Made by a program: the position numbers and the translations under genes. Of a DNA stretch of 64,000 nt, positions 28,267 through 37,947 are shown one piece after another. How positions within the stretch are numbered: position 1 is the stretch's first letter; every line of letters begins with the position of its first letter. Below the pieces are notes generated by a model. It saw only the letters and a list, made by a program, of their open reading frames with translations, ran no database searches and had not been told where the DNA came from. This DNA is from a virus (taxonomy: Duplodnaviria > Caudoviricetes), in the IMG/VR virus record IMGVR_UViG_3300028392_002123. One strand, 5' to 3'.

Positions 28267-29289
28267 ATGCCCACTAGTCCTTATTTACTGCGCTATAGAG
28301 ATCCCGAGGTTAAAGAACCCGAAAATATAGAAACCAACGAATTTATTCAAAGACAGCTGGGCCGTCGCAGTCTGCGTAATTATGATCCACAGCGTAAAAT
28401 ATCCTGGGAACAGCTCAGTTATTTGATCACTGCCGCGCAATGCAGTCCCAATGGCAGTGGCGCACAAAGTTGGAGTGTGATTGCACTGATCACTGACGAA
28501 GAAAAAAGAATATTCCGGGAAGCCGCAGGCTCTGTTCTAGACGGCACAGATCCTTTGAATAGATTAAACTATGATAACTGTAGTGTATTTTTAATTTGGA
28601 TCGCAGACAACTACAAAAATGAACAGGGTATACGCATTGTAGGCAACAAAGAACTTTCTCCAGAAGAATTAAAACTCATGCCCAAGCATATATCTGCTAC
28701 TATATCTGTGCATCCTGTGCCGGGTAGAGATGACATATTATTTGATGTTGAACAGCATGTGCAAAACTTAGATCAAAGTTATTATTCTATTAGAGCCATG
28801 CAGGACTGTATTATTGCCGCACAGACCTTTGTTATGTGTGCTGAAAGTCTGGGCATGGGCACACTATACATGGGCAGTATAGCACATTGTGAACTAGCCA
28901 GTTTTAAAAATACATTAAATTTACCCAATAAAACTTATCCCCTTTTTGGCATGTGCGTGGGCTATGAACTAGCACCAGGCAGTGATCACAACGGCATACA
29001 TATTAATAATGGGCAAAGCGACTTGTACAGAAAGATCAGATATTCCGATGCAGATTATGCAGACTGGCTGATCAAACCTGTGCAACCACAGGATATTGTT
29101 CTGCATCGTGCCAAATATAATAAAGATGTCAAGGCCAGTTTATTCAAATATAATAAAATCATTTATGAATATGTCAGCAGATTAAAATCTCGCCGGGCAA
29201 ATTATTTGGTTAGTAGAGTAGCACAGCGCATTTATAAAGTAGTTGATCAATTGGGCCTAATGATGGCCATGGGTAATCGATGGCGTTGA
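28267..29289 (+). CDS. Nitroreductase family flavoprotein (NfsA-like)
   Basis: RRSLRNY, AQCSPNGSGAQSWS, AESLGMGTLYMG, PLFGMCVGY. Confidence 0.85.
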   Translation: MPTSPYLLRYRDPEVKEPENIETNEFIQRQLGRRSLRNYDPQRKISWEQLSYLITAAQCSPNGSGAQSWSVIALITDEEKRIFREAAGSVLDGTDPLNRLNYDNCSVFLIWIADNYKNEQGIRIVGNKELSPEELKLMPKHISATISVHPVPGRDDILFDVEQHVQNLDQSYYSIRAMQDCIIAAQTFVMCAESLGMGTLYMGSIAHCELASFKNTLNLPNKTYPLFGMCVGYELAPGSDHNGIHINNGQSDLYRKIRYSDADYADWLIKPVQPQDIVLHRAKYNKDVKASLFKYNKIIYEYVSRLKSRRANYLVSRVAQRIYKVVDQLGLMMAMGNRWR

Positions 29290-29320
29290 TCACTAAATAT
29301 TTTAAACAAGTGGAGATACT

Positions 29321-29947
29321 ATGAATTTTGCCGCGGCATATCAAATTATTGGCCGAGTCCCTGACAGTCTATTAGAAAAGGTCAACGAAGAAATTAATCA
29401 TGCACTAACAGATGCTGACTTTAATTACAAAGATAGAAACGTAGAAACCGCAGAACTAAGCTGGCTACGCTTGGACTTTATGCGGCCGCCAGAAGATAAA
29501 AATCGCATGCCATTGTACACTAGTATACTGGCAGTGATCAATCATATCACTGAAAATTATAACATTGATCCATTAAACTCTGTGAGTGTTAGTATGCTCA
29601 AGCCCCTGCAGGTCCTGGATGAGCACACCGATGGCCGCTTTTTACACAGAATTACCAATAGATATTTGGTGCCATTAATGGACAGTGAAGTTAATTATAA
29701 CTATGGTTGGTATGAAAATGAAAAGGTAATCTATCCTTTACGCTATGGCAATATCTATAGAGTTAACAATGCCATTGTTCACAGCGCATTGAATTTGGAA
29801 AATGCCGAAAGATTTAACATATTAATTGACACATGGGAGCCCAGACTCAAGGCCAAATTTAAAGATCATCAAGACTTAATGGCGGCATTAACAGTACTGG
29901 GAGTTAACTATAACTTTGAAAAACGATTGAAAGTGAAACCAAAATGA
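29321..29947 (+). CDS. Asp/Asn beta-hydroxylase-like 2OG-Fe(II) oxygenase
   Basis: HTD...YRVNNAIVHSA...RFNILID. Confidence 0.7.
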   Translation: MNFAAAYQIIGRVPDSLLEKVNEEINHALTDADFNYKDRNVETAELSWLRLDFMRPPEDKNRMPLYTSILAVINHITENYNIDPLNSVSVSMLKPLQVLDEHTDGRFLHRITNRYLVPLMDSEVNYNYGWYENEKVIYPLRYGNIYRVNNAIVHSALNLENAERFNILIDTWEPRLKAKFKDHQDLMAALTVLGVNYNFEKRLKVKPK

Positions 29948-30168
29948 AATTTGAAGAAAGAATTCCAAGAAGCCTAAGTAAAGTAATTACTTGGAGAATT
30001 ATACTATCTATACAGTATTTCGTTATTGGCTATGTAACCATGGGAACCATAGCCAGTGCCCTGGGATTAGTGGGCATTACCACTGTGGTCAACAGTTGTA
30101 TATATTATCTACACGAACGTGCTTGGAATAAATCCAGCTGGGGCAAAAAGGTAGAAGTAGAAGCATGA
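29944..30168 (+). CDS. DUF2061-like small membrane protein
   Basis: RSLSKVITWR...YYLHERAW. Confidence 0.7.
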   Translation: MKFEERIPRSLSKVITWRIILSIQYFVIGYVTMGTIASALGLVGITTVVNSCIYYLHERAWNKSSWGKKVEVEA

Positions 30169-30749
30169 ACTTTGACTTGCCCTACAAGCATATAGGTCCG
30201 GTGCCCCGAGAATTATTGGAGCAGGCCGAGTCAGGAGTCATTGACTTAGAAGCGTCAGGCGCTTATAATTTTAAACACGGCGAATGGCTACGCTTGGACA
30301 GTTATTATAATCCGGATAATCATCAATTATCTGACATCGTGGGCTCGGGCCTAGTAGATCATGTCATGAGTTTCTTTCCCGGTGAAAAGTTGTTTGGGTG
30401 GAGTGTCAGTCATATACCGCCACATCAGCCCGTGATTGATCATGCTGATCGTATGTTTTTTCATAGATTTGCCAAACGTATTATTGTGCCCATCAATGAC
30501 GTGGGCAATAATGTATTAAATTGGCACTGGTCTTGGAATGATACAAGACGTTGTTATTTCTTTGAATACGGAAATATATATAGATTAAACACAGCATGGA
30601 CACATGGTGTTAAAAATTCTTCTAACAAGGTTAGAAGAGCAGTTTATTTTGATGTTATGGAAACTAAATTTTACGATAAATTCATCACACATCCTGACAT
30701 ACTAACAGTTATATTGGCCAATGCTGCCGGAGAGAGATATGTACTTTAA
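30165..30749 (+). CDS. Asp/Asn beta-hydroxylase-like 2OG-Fe(II) oxygenase
   Basis: HAD...YRLNTAWTHGV...RRAVYFD; WLRLD shared with 29321. Confidence 0.7.
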   Translation: MNFDLPYKHIGPVPRELLEQAESGVIDLEASGAYNFKHGEWLRLDSYYNPDNHQLSDIVGSGLVDHVMSFFPGEKLFGWSVSHIPPHQPVIDHADRMFFHRFAKRIIVPINDVGNNVLNWHWSWNDTRRCYFFEYGNIYRLNTAWTHGVKNSSNKVRRAVYFDVMETKFYDKFITHPDILTVILANAAGERYVL

Positions 30750-31338
30750 AAATATTGCAGAAAACGTGGGCATACTGCCCGATTACATGATAAAAGATAT
30801 CATGGCCTATGAAAGTGATATAGAACCAGTTAAAGATTATCGTGCTGTATTAGGTAAAGAAAATTTAATTCAGAATTTTGTTAAAATGTCGCCAGACCTA
30901 CAACGACAAGTAACACAGGTCAGTAGCTATATTTTATCTTTACAACTGCCTATTCTTAAGGAAATGGTCATATATGAAAGTTTATTAGTTAATATTCCCA
31001 CAGTGACCAGTACGATTGTCATGCCCACACGTTATCTATGCAGGGTGGGTGAATTAATTATTGCTCCTTTAAAAGGTGGTTGCGTCATTGAAAGCGAAGA
31101 ATTTCCCAGTAGTGTAGCATTTAAACCAGGCTACTTGTATAGGATTAACAATAGAGTCAACAGTACCTTTATGGCCACACCAGACTTTCTCTGTGTAGCA
31201 TTTAATCTCTTGGACTTTGATCTTAGACGCTACTTGATGCCCCATGATCTAAGAAGCGCATTTATTCGTCGCAAGGACGAACATTTAAATCCCGACGAAG
31301 CTCCAGACAATCCCGGAGTGCCCAAAGATGCGTACTGA
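30739..31338 (+). CDS. Cupin-like paralogue lacking metal ligands
   Basis: GYLYRINNRV matches its neighbours but there is no HxD or distal His. Confidence 0.45.
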   Translation: MYFKNIAENVGILPDYMIKDIMAYESDIEPVKDYRAVLGKENLIQNFVKMSPDLQRQVTQVSSYILSLQLPILKEMVIYESLLVNIPTVTSTIVMPTRYLCRVGELIIAPLKGGCVIESEEFPSSVAFKPGYLYRINNRVNSTFMATPDFLCVAFNLLDFDLRRYLMPHDLRSAFIRRKDEHLNPDEAPDNPGVPKDAY

Positions 31339-32230
31339 ACCTTTGATAGCCAAAAGCGGCCGCGAGTTATCCTGGGGCATACGTATGTATGTTGACAGCT
31401 ACGAAGAACTGGTCAGCATGGGCCGAGAAGAACTGACACGCTTGGTCTATGCTAATAAATTCTTTGCTGTGCGCGGCATGTCAGGCATGACCAAACAACA
31501 GTTCTGGGACTTGTGCAATATGTTCGGCGGAGGCTGTTGGACCAAAGAAGATTACCTTGTGGGCAAAGAACAAAACTTTCCCATAGATGATGATGGCAGT
31601 ACTGATAGAGTATTTGCGTTTTACACTAATCACGGTAATACTGCCAAGGCCATAGGTGATGCTGAAATGAGTTGGCACGTGGATATCCCACTGTGGCCCA
31701 CACACAAAGCTCCTTTACGTGCTTTTTATGCTACTAGTATACCTGACAATCGTTATGGTATCACACGCTTCGCGGATCGTGCCTATGGTTGGCTAACAAT
31801 GACTCCCGAAGAACAAGAAGAAGCTCTTAAGTGGGATTTACTATATCAAAGCTGGTACGAGCCTGGCACTAACCTAACTTGGTTGCCTGTGGTAGATACT
31901 AGTCCTGTGGACGGCAAACCCTATTTACAGTTTACCAGTTTCAGTAACAGCGGCAAAAAATACAGCCACTATGCACATGGCTGGAAAGTACATGGTTGGG
32001 TATTTGGAGCACGTCGCGAGGGTGTGCCCATGAACGCAGACTATGTTAGTTTTCTGCATGAAAAGACCATTGTGGATGATAACATATTTGAAAATGTCTG
32101 GGACGAAGAAGATTTTGTTATCTATACCAATGTACATATGATACATGATAGAACTCCGCTTAAAAGTGAAATACAGACCAAGCCCAGAGAGTTTTATCGT
32201 TTGAACGTTTTTAACAGCTGGCAAAAGTGA
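31328..32230 (+). CDS. TauD/TfdA family 2OG-dependent dioxygenase
   Basis: WHVD, G.TRFAD, W..EDFVIYTN..MIHDR. Confidence 0.82.
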   Translation: MRTEPLIAKSGRELSWGIRMYVDSYEELVSMGREELTRLVYANKFFAVRGMSGMTKQQFWDLCNMFGGGCWTKEDYLVGKEQNFPIDDDGSTDRVFAFYTNHGNTAKAIGDAEMSWHVDIPLWPTHKAPLRAFYATSIPDNRYGITRFADRAYGWLTMTPEEQEEALKWDLLYQSWYEPGTNLTWLPVVDTSPVDGKPYLQFTSFSNSGKKYSHYAHGWKVHGWVFGARREGVPMNADYVSFLHEKTIVDDNIFENVWDEEDFVIYTNVHMIHDRTPLKSEIQTKPREFYRLNVFNSWQK

Positions 32231-32814
32231 AGGTCATTGATTTAATTAAAACACCCATGGAGGGCCTGTGGGCAGACTGTCTGACAGTGATTGCTGACAG
32301 TGAGGATCCCTTAAAAGAAAATTATACCACAATAAACTTTGAAGAGTTTATCAGTTTTCCCTGTGTCGTTGACAGTGATAGAATAGTCTGTTTCAGCGGC
32401 CTGCAATACAACGAACGTAAGTGGGGTCGGGGCATTGCCAGAGCCAGTAGTAGGATGTGGATAGATCCTGCATATAGACATCAAGGTATTACCAAATTCA
32501 CTGGTGGTAGTAAATTTCTCAATACCACTTACTGCCTGCCCTTACAGTTTGCAGAACTTGCGGCCAACAATATTAACAGCGTTTTTATCAGCAGGGAAAG
32601 CAATGTTCGTGCTTTTAAAGAATATTTAAAATTGATTAAGATTAACTGTGGCATGGAATTCGAATTGGAACCGAATTTGTACAATGTCTGTGGGCCACAG
32701 TCTGTGATACCTGTGAGTTGCCAACAATTCGTTGCTGTACACCATAGAAATAAGTCCGCGTCGACTTGGACTGCAAATATGATTAAGTATAAACTTAATG
32801 AATTTATTATTTAA
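32227..32814 (+). CDS. Hypothetical protein, GNAT-like
   Basis: VCFSGL, RASSRMWIDPAYRHQG resembles GNAT motif A. Confidence 0.4.
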   Translation: MKVIDLIKTPMEGLWADCLTVIADSEDPLKENYTTINFEEFISFPCVVDSDRIVCFSGLQYNERKWGRGIARASSRMWIDPAYRHQGITKFTGGSKFLNTTYCLPLQFAELAANNINSVFISRESNVRAFKEYLKLIKINCGMEFELEPNLYNVCGPQSVIPVSCQQFVAVHHRNKSASTWTANMIKYKLNEFII

Positions 32815-32822
32815 ATAACTGT

Positions 32823-33731
32823 ATGAACATGGGAAATATTAAAGGCTACTACGAAGATGATCCTTCAAGGGTATTTAGAACCGGTATGATGGATCTACTT
32901 ACTTTTGAAGTACAAGGATGCACGAGGCCGGCACAGACACTCAAAGAAGAATTGATGCTAGCGGCCAGTGATATATACAATACTGTACCTGATATACACA
33001 TAGCACTATCCGGTGGTTGGGAAAGTAACGTATGTCTGCATACTTTTATGGAAGCAGGATATAAACCCCGGGTAATGATTCTGGAGTTTCCCCGGGGACT
33101 CAATGACTTTGACACAGATCCTGCCAAAGAAGCTTGCCGTAGATATGGCATTACTCCTACCATCGTACCTGTTGACATGTCCTTTCTAGACTTTATCAAA
33201 AACGCTGTAGTACCTGTGGTAGAAAAATATCAAACATATACTTTTTTTCAAAGTTTGTTTGCTTATTACTTGGAAAAAACAAAAATCAACTGCTTGCTAG
33301 TAGATAAAGTAGATCTGCGCCGCGATCTAAATCCTAATGGTCAGTGGAGTTTTATACGCAGTGAAGTAGCTACATGGACTGATCGATTCAACACACTCAA
33401 CGAAAATAAAGTATTGATGAATTTTTATTGTCACAGTCCCGAAGCCATGCTGGCCTATTTAGAACTGCCCACTATAGTCGACTTGATGAATCATCCTAAA
33501 AATGGTAAGCTAAGTCTACAAAGTCTCAAACATAAGATCTATCTAGAAGGCGGATACAATATTCCATTGTTTACACGAACTGTCAGCACTGATAAGATCA
33601 TTGGCGTAACAGCGGCCTGCGAAGAAAAGATTAAAAAAGACATTGGTTGGAAAACTAGGATAGGCTACGTAGAGTATCCTAAAATTGTTCAAGCATTAAA
33701 AAGTGAAGGTGGAAAATGGCAATACATTTAA
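32823..33731 (+). CDS. PP-loop (adenine nucleotide alpha-hydrolase) superfamily protein
   Basis: IALSGGWES variant loop; TAAATA-N5-ATG. Confidence 0.6.
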   Translation: MNMGNIKGYYEDDPSRVFRTGMMDLLTFEVQGCTRPAQTLKEELMLAASDIYNTVPDIHIALSGGWESNVCLHTFMEAGYKPRVMILEFPRGLNDFDTDPAKEACRRYGITPTIVPVDMSFLDFIKNAVVPVVEKYQTYTFFQSLFAYYLEKTKINCLLVDKVDLRRDLNPNGQWSFIRSEVATWTDRFNTLNENKVLMNFYCHSPEAMLAYLELPTIVDLMNHPKNGKLSLQSLKHKIYLEGGYNIPLFTRTVSTDKIIGVTAACEEKIKKDIGWKTRIGYVEYPKIVQALKSEGGKWQYI

Positions 33732-34327
33732 GAAGATTGGTAACAGAAGACTTGGCCGTTATAGAATCTATGGCCAAAGAAAAATTAGTAATGACCAATA
33801 CTAAAAGTTTTGTATTTGAAGAAAACGGTGTTGCTGTGTTCAAATACTTTGTCTTACCAGATTCAATCTATGGCGCAGAAAAAATGCGCTGTTATGGTTA
33901 CTTTGAAGATGATAAATTATTGGCTGTATTGGGTTTGAGAACATTTGATCAATTCCCCAGTTGGATCCTTAGCTTTATTGTCACTAGTAACGACTGTAAA
34001 AATAGCATTGACTGTATTAAATCACTGCTAGAGTACACCATAGAAGAACAGGAAAAACTGGGATTCTATCAATGGTTTACAGTGAGTAAATTGGAAAAGT
34101 TTGAGGTTTGGCAAAAACTATTTAAAAAGGCCAGACAGAAATACCATCACTATGTCTATGCAAGAATCCCAGCTAATACCATGCCTAAATGGTTGAGTCA
34201 CTTGAGCTTTAGCCGCGGAAAATTGTTTCCTTACGATATAAATATCAGCATGTACATGGCTAAGAGTTTGTGTACTTCGGACGGCGACGACTCGGATGTC
34301 GACGAACGTGACATAGACTTTTTATGA
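33716..34327 (+). CDS. Hypothetical protein, GNAT-like
   Basis: YGYFEDDKLLAVLG, WILSFIV. Confidence 0.4.
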   Translation: MAIHLRRLVTEDLAVIESMAKEKLVMTNTKSFVFEENGVAVFKYFVLPDSIYGAEKMRCYGYFEDDKLLAVLGLRTFDQFPSWILSFIVTSNDCKNSIDCIKSLLEYTIEEQEKLGFYQWFTVSKLEKFEVWQKLFKKARQKYHHYVYARIPANTMPKWLSHLSFSRGKLFPYDINISMYMAKSLCTSDGDDSDVDERDIDFL

Positions 34328-35184
34328 ACGAACAAGAACCAATTAAACTAAACAATTTTTTATATTTTGTGCTGTATCCAGCACACTTAGCTGCCTTATT
34401 AGGTATTTTTGTATTTCCATTCTACTTTGATTTTGGTATTAAACATGTTGTATGTTTACTGCTAGGATGGGTACTATTAGCAGGCATAGGTAGTGCTATT
34501 ACCTTACACAGAGTTGTCAGTCACAGAGCATTAGAACCGCGCCGTGGTTTTAAACCTGTTATGCTGTGGCTGGCCAGTTTGTGTTTACAGGGAAGTCCTT
34601 TGGGTTGGGCCAGTATACATAGAGGCGCACATCATAGACATGCTGACACAGACAGAGATCCGCATACTCCGCAAAAAGGTTTTTGGTACAGCTATCATGG
34701 TTGGCTCTATGACTGGGCAAATTATTATAATTTTAGATTCAGTGTGGACTTGATCAGAGATCCCATGCACATGTGGTTCGCACAGCACTACACTAAGATC
34801 ATTGCTGTAACTTATATAATCGTGGGATTAATCGACTGGCAAGTTCTTTTATTCATGTTTATTATTCCTGCTGTTTACAGCCTGCATCAAGAAAGCTGTG
34901 TAAACTATTTCTGTCACTTGCCTAATAAAGGTTATAGGAACTTTGAAACCAAAGATGACAGCAACAATAGATCAGTTATGGCCTTGTTAGTTTGGGGTCA
35001 AGCTTGGCACAACAATCATCATGCCAAGGCCAGTGCCTACGACTTTGGCACCACTGTTAGTGGTCGTATTGACGAATTTGATCCCACATTATTGTTAGTA
35101 CCTTTACTAGCAACCAAAGAAAGTAGACAACGTATATTTAAAGCGAGAGAAGATGCAACTACAATTCCGAACACTAATAATTAA
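34324..35184 (+). CDS. Membrane fatty acid desaturase
   Basis: LHRVVSH, HRGAHH, RDPHTP, WHNNHH. Confidence 0.9.
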   Translation: MNEQEPIKLNNFLYFVLYPAHLAALLGIFVFPFYFDFGIKHVVCLLLGWVLLAGIGSAITLHRVVSHRALEPRRGFKPVMLWLASLCLQGSPLGWASIHRGAHHRHADTDRDPHTPQKGFWYSYHGWLYDWANYYNFRFSVDLIRDPMHMWFAQHYTKIIAVTYIIVGLIDWQVLLFMFIIPAVYSLHQESCVNYFCHLPNKGYRNFETKDDSNNRSVMALLVWGQAWHNNHHAKASAYDFGTTVSGRIDEFDPTLLLVPLLATKESRQRIFKAREDATTIPNTNN

Positions 35185-35701
35185 TCCTGATAATTGGATT
35201 ATTGGTGAGCATACTAACAAAGATGCTATGATATGGGCGATATCAGATCGTCCTTGGTATAATCTTAGAACTTATACTATTAAAGATGAATTTTCTTTGC
35301 CCGCACAGTTAAAAACCAATAGCTGGACGCAGGTAGAAATTAATAGGGAAAACACTTGCCCACAGGATGTGCTGAGAGAAATTAAATTAATCGAAGCTAG
35401 AATTAAATTCTGTGCGGAGTTATACTATCGCTTACAAATAGCACAGGAAAATCTAGGACTCAGCATGACTAATTTTACCTTGGTGCAATTACATGAATAT
35501 CTCGTCAGCAAAGGACTAGTTGAAGGAGAAGCCAATCCAGATGCCAGCATACAGTACGAAAACAAACTGAGATTATTACAAGATTTAAACAACATCAAAA
35601 ATCAAGTTGTTGCTTCTTTAATGTCTGCGGCAACCATTGAAGATTTTGCTCAAACAAGAGCACTCATGGAACGCCTATTCTTCACTAACATATTACTATG
35701 A
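35153..35701 (+). CDS. Hypothetical helical partner of PP-loop enzyme
   Basis: Coupled to the next gene; C-terminal SAATIEDF resembles 54095. Confidence 0.6.
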   Translation: MQLQFRTLIINPDNWIIGEHTNKDAMIWAISDRPWYNLRTYTIKDEFSLPAQLKTNSWTQVEINRENTCPQDVLREIKLIEARIKFCAELYYRLQIAQENLGLSMTNFTLVQLHEYLVSKGLVEGEANPDASIQYENKLRLLQDLNNIKNQVVASLMSAATIEDFAQTRALMERLFFTNILL

Positions 35702-36735
35702 ATTTAATTTACTATCATCCGATTGCATTACCCGTAGAACAAAAAGGCATATTTCATGCCTGTGTTAATCCACTAATTTCTGTCATGGATAGAACTGATA
35801 ATCGTTGGCCCGCAAAGCTAGACTATGTCAATTTATTCCCCATGCCCGCGGTATCGGCGGATCCAACACCTAACTTCATGGACACCAGCATAGCCAGGAT
35901 AAAAGAATTAACCGAGCATGATCAACATGTTAATCTACTGTGGAGCGGTGGCATTGACAGCACGTTTATCATGACCATGATGATTGACTTGGGCATTGCT
36001 GATCAACTGTTCAATGAAGGTAGATTGACCATTGGTTTAAATCAGGACAGTATCAAAGAGAATCCAGTGTTCTATGAAAAGTTTATCAAAGCACGTTATA
36101 TGAAATGTGTGGTGCAGGCCAATCATATTTTAATTAATCCCAAACCCGATCAAGTTATTATCACAGGCGAAATGGCCGACAACTTGGTAGGTAGTTTAAC
36201 TATGAAAAGTTGTGTAGATTTTTACAACGACTTCAGTGTTGTTCATAAACCATATGCCCAGGCCATTGATTGGATGACACGCAATTTAAAAAAGCCTGAA
36301 TACAAGGATAATCTGCAAAAGTTTTTAGAAAGTGCTATTGCTAAAAGTCCAGTTGAATTGACCACATGCCATGATCTACTTTGGTATTTGAACTTCAATT
36401 ATAAATGGCAAGCAGTTAACTTTAGAATTGTCAGCCATTGTCGGGATCAAAACACTGGAAATTTATTGATTAAAAACTTAAAACATTTCTTTAACACTGA
36501 CAGTTTTCAACAATGGAGTCTCAAAGAAGGACACTATTTTGAAGGCAGTAATTGGGGAGATTATAAAAAGGTCATGAAGAAACAAATCTATCAAGTTACC
36601 AGCGACTTAGAATATTTTAAGAACAAGACCAAACATCCTAGTTTGCCTGCATTGCTACGCTATAAAGATACCTTTGACTTTATCTACGAAGACAATGGCA
36701 GTTACGTGTTTACTAAAAAACAGATTCAATCATGA
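35698..36735 (+). CDS. Asparagine synthase-like PP-loop enzyme
   Basis: LLWSGGIDST, ITGEMADNL, WYLNFNYKWQ, FQQWS, YKKVMK. Confidence 0.7.
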   Translation: MNLIYYHPIALPVEQKGIFHACVNPLISVMDRTDNRWPAKLDYVNLFPMPAVSADPTPNFMDTSIARIKELTEHDQHVNLLWSGGIDSTFIMTMMIDLGIADQLFNEGRLTIGLNQDSIKENPVFYEKFIKARYMKCVVQANHILINPKPDQVIITGEMADNLVGSLTMKSCVDFYNDFSVVHKPYAQAIDWMTRNLKKPEYKDNLQKFLESAIAKSPVELTTCHDLLWYLNFNYKWQAVNFRIVSHCRDQNTGNLLIKNLKHFFNTDSFQQWSLKEGHYFEGSNWGDYKKVMKKQIYQVTSDLEYFKNKTKHPSLPALLRYKDTFDFIYEDNGSYVFTKKQIQS

Positions 36736-37643
36736 ACTTTGGCATAGAAGAAACCACAGGCAAGTTCTACGTAGAACATGTTAGCTGTAGTCGTCAACCT
36801 GGCACACTTCGCGAAGAAAGCGATCGTCGTGCCAGAGAGATTTATTCTAACAATAATAAAGTAATGCTGTGCCTCAGCAGTGGCCTAGACAGTCAAATAG
36901 CATTACACAGTTTTCTCAGTCAGGGCATACCTGTTGAATGTGCCTTTTTACGCTTGGGAGGATTCAACGACAATGAATATGAAAACTTACAAGTATTGGA
37001 AAAGAAATACGGATTTAAAAGTCATGTCATTGAACTAGATCCCAATGCTCGCAGAGAAGAATTAGAAGCACTGAGTCCAGTACTGGACGCACATTTAAAT
37101 CACTGCATACAACATCTATTCGTCAAAGAGCTACCCCGAGACTATGACATTGTACAAGTACTGCATGATCCATGGTTGGTAACTAGAAAAGATACTGCAC
37201 AACACTATGTTTATCAAAGTTATTATGATCCAGAGATAGCTCGCTATCGTGCATTGTCTGCCATACCCGATCGCACAGGTCGTATAGAAATGTTTGGCAA
37301 CAGCAGTGAATATTTTGTCAGCAGTATCAATGACGAATTATTTCACTACTTTCTTAAGAGTTGGGTTTACTATGATGGCAATGGTTTCAAGCTCTACGAC
37401 CTCAAAGTCAATGACGTTCTGCGCTATGAATACTATATCAAACCCATGCTGTATGCCAAGCACTGGGGCGATGAACTAATTTACTTTCCCAAGTTCTCGG
37501 GCTATGAAAACATTGATTGGCTCTACAAAAGTGTACGTAAAATACAAAAAGAAAAACAATGCTTTATGCTCTGGCAGGATTTGATCAAACACTATCTTGC
37601 TTGTACGGGTACTAGTAAAAGATTCTACGAAGTTAAATTTTAG
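36732..37643 (+). CDS. PP-loop superfamily protein (paralogue of 46835)
   Basis: LCLSSGLDSQ, YYIKPM, YFPK. Confidence 0.62.
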   Translation: MNFGIEETTGKFYVEHVSCSRQPGTLREESDRRAREIYSNNNKVMLCLSSGLDSQIALHSFLSQGIPVECAFLRLGGFNDNEYENLQVLEKKYGFKSHVIELDPNARREELEALSPVLDAHLNHCIQHLFVKELPRDYDIVQVLHDPWLVTRKDTAQHYVYQSYYDPEIARYRALSAIPDRTGRIEMFGNSSEYFVSSINDELFHYFLKSWVYYDGNGFKLYDLKVNDVLRYEYYIKPMLYAKHWGDELIYFPKFSGYENIDWLYKSVRKIQKEKQCFMLWQDLIKHYLACTGTSKRFYEVKF

Positions 37644-37647
37644 TCAT

Positions 37648-37673
37648 AAAAAAAGGACCTTTCGGTCCTTTTT
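37648..37673. terminator. Bidirectional intrinsic terminator
   Basis: A7-GGACC-TTTC-GGTCC-T5. Confidence 0.8.
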
Positions 37674-37687
37674 AAATAAGTAGTTAT

Positions 37688-37885
37688 ATGATTACTGTAG
37701 AACAAGCTATTCGAGATATGTACCAGCAGTTAGGCGGGCAACCGTATGCACAGCGTTTTTATTCCACTACAGTACGAGAGTTTACAGCCAGTCACTTTCA
37801 TGTCAAAAAGAACTTTGAAACCGACACGATGTTGACTGGCAAACAACAAGAGTTTGTCCATGATAAATGTCAAACAAAAGGATAA
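37688..37885 (+). CDS. Small hypothetical protein
   Basis: 65 aa ORF after TAAATA. Confidence 0.4.
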   Translation: MITVEQAIRDMYQQLGGQPYAQRFYSTTVREFTASHFHVKKNFETDTMLTGKQQEFVHDKCQTKG

Positions 37886-37889
37886 CGTT

Positions 37890-37943
37890 ATGTATTCAAC
37901 ACAAGAAGAATGCCCAATCTGCGGCGGCAATCATAAAAAATAA
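37890..37943 (+). CDS. 17-aa micro-ORF MYSTQEECPICGGNHKK
   Basis: AAGGA SD 7 nt upstream; CxxC. Confidence 0.35.
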   Translation: MYSTQEECPICGGNHKK

Positions 37944-37947
37944 TAAA

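Noticed and set aside
35698-36735. Lasso-peptide cluster (AsnB-like cyclase)
   Set aside because: No precursor with a leader Thr(-2) and G/C/S core, and no B1/B2 protease or RRE recognisable nearby.
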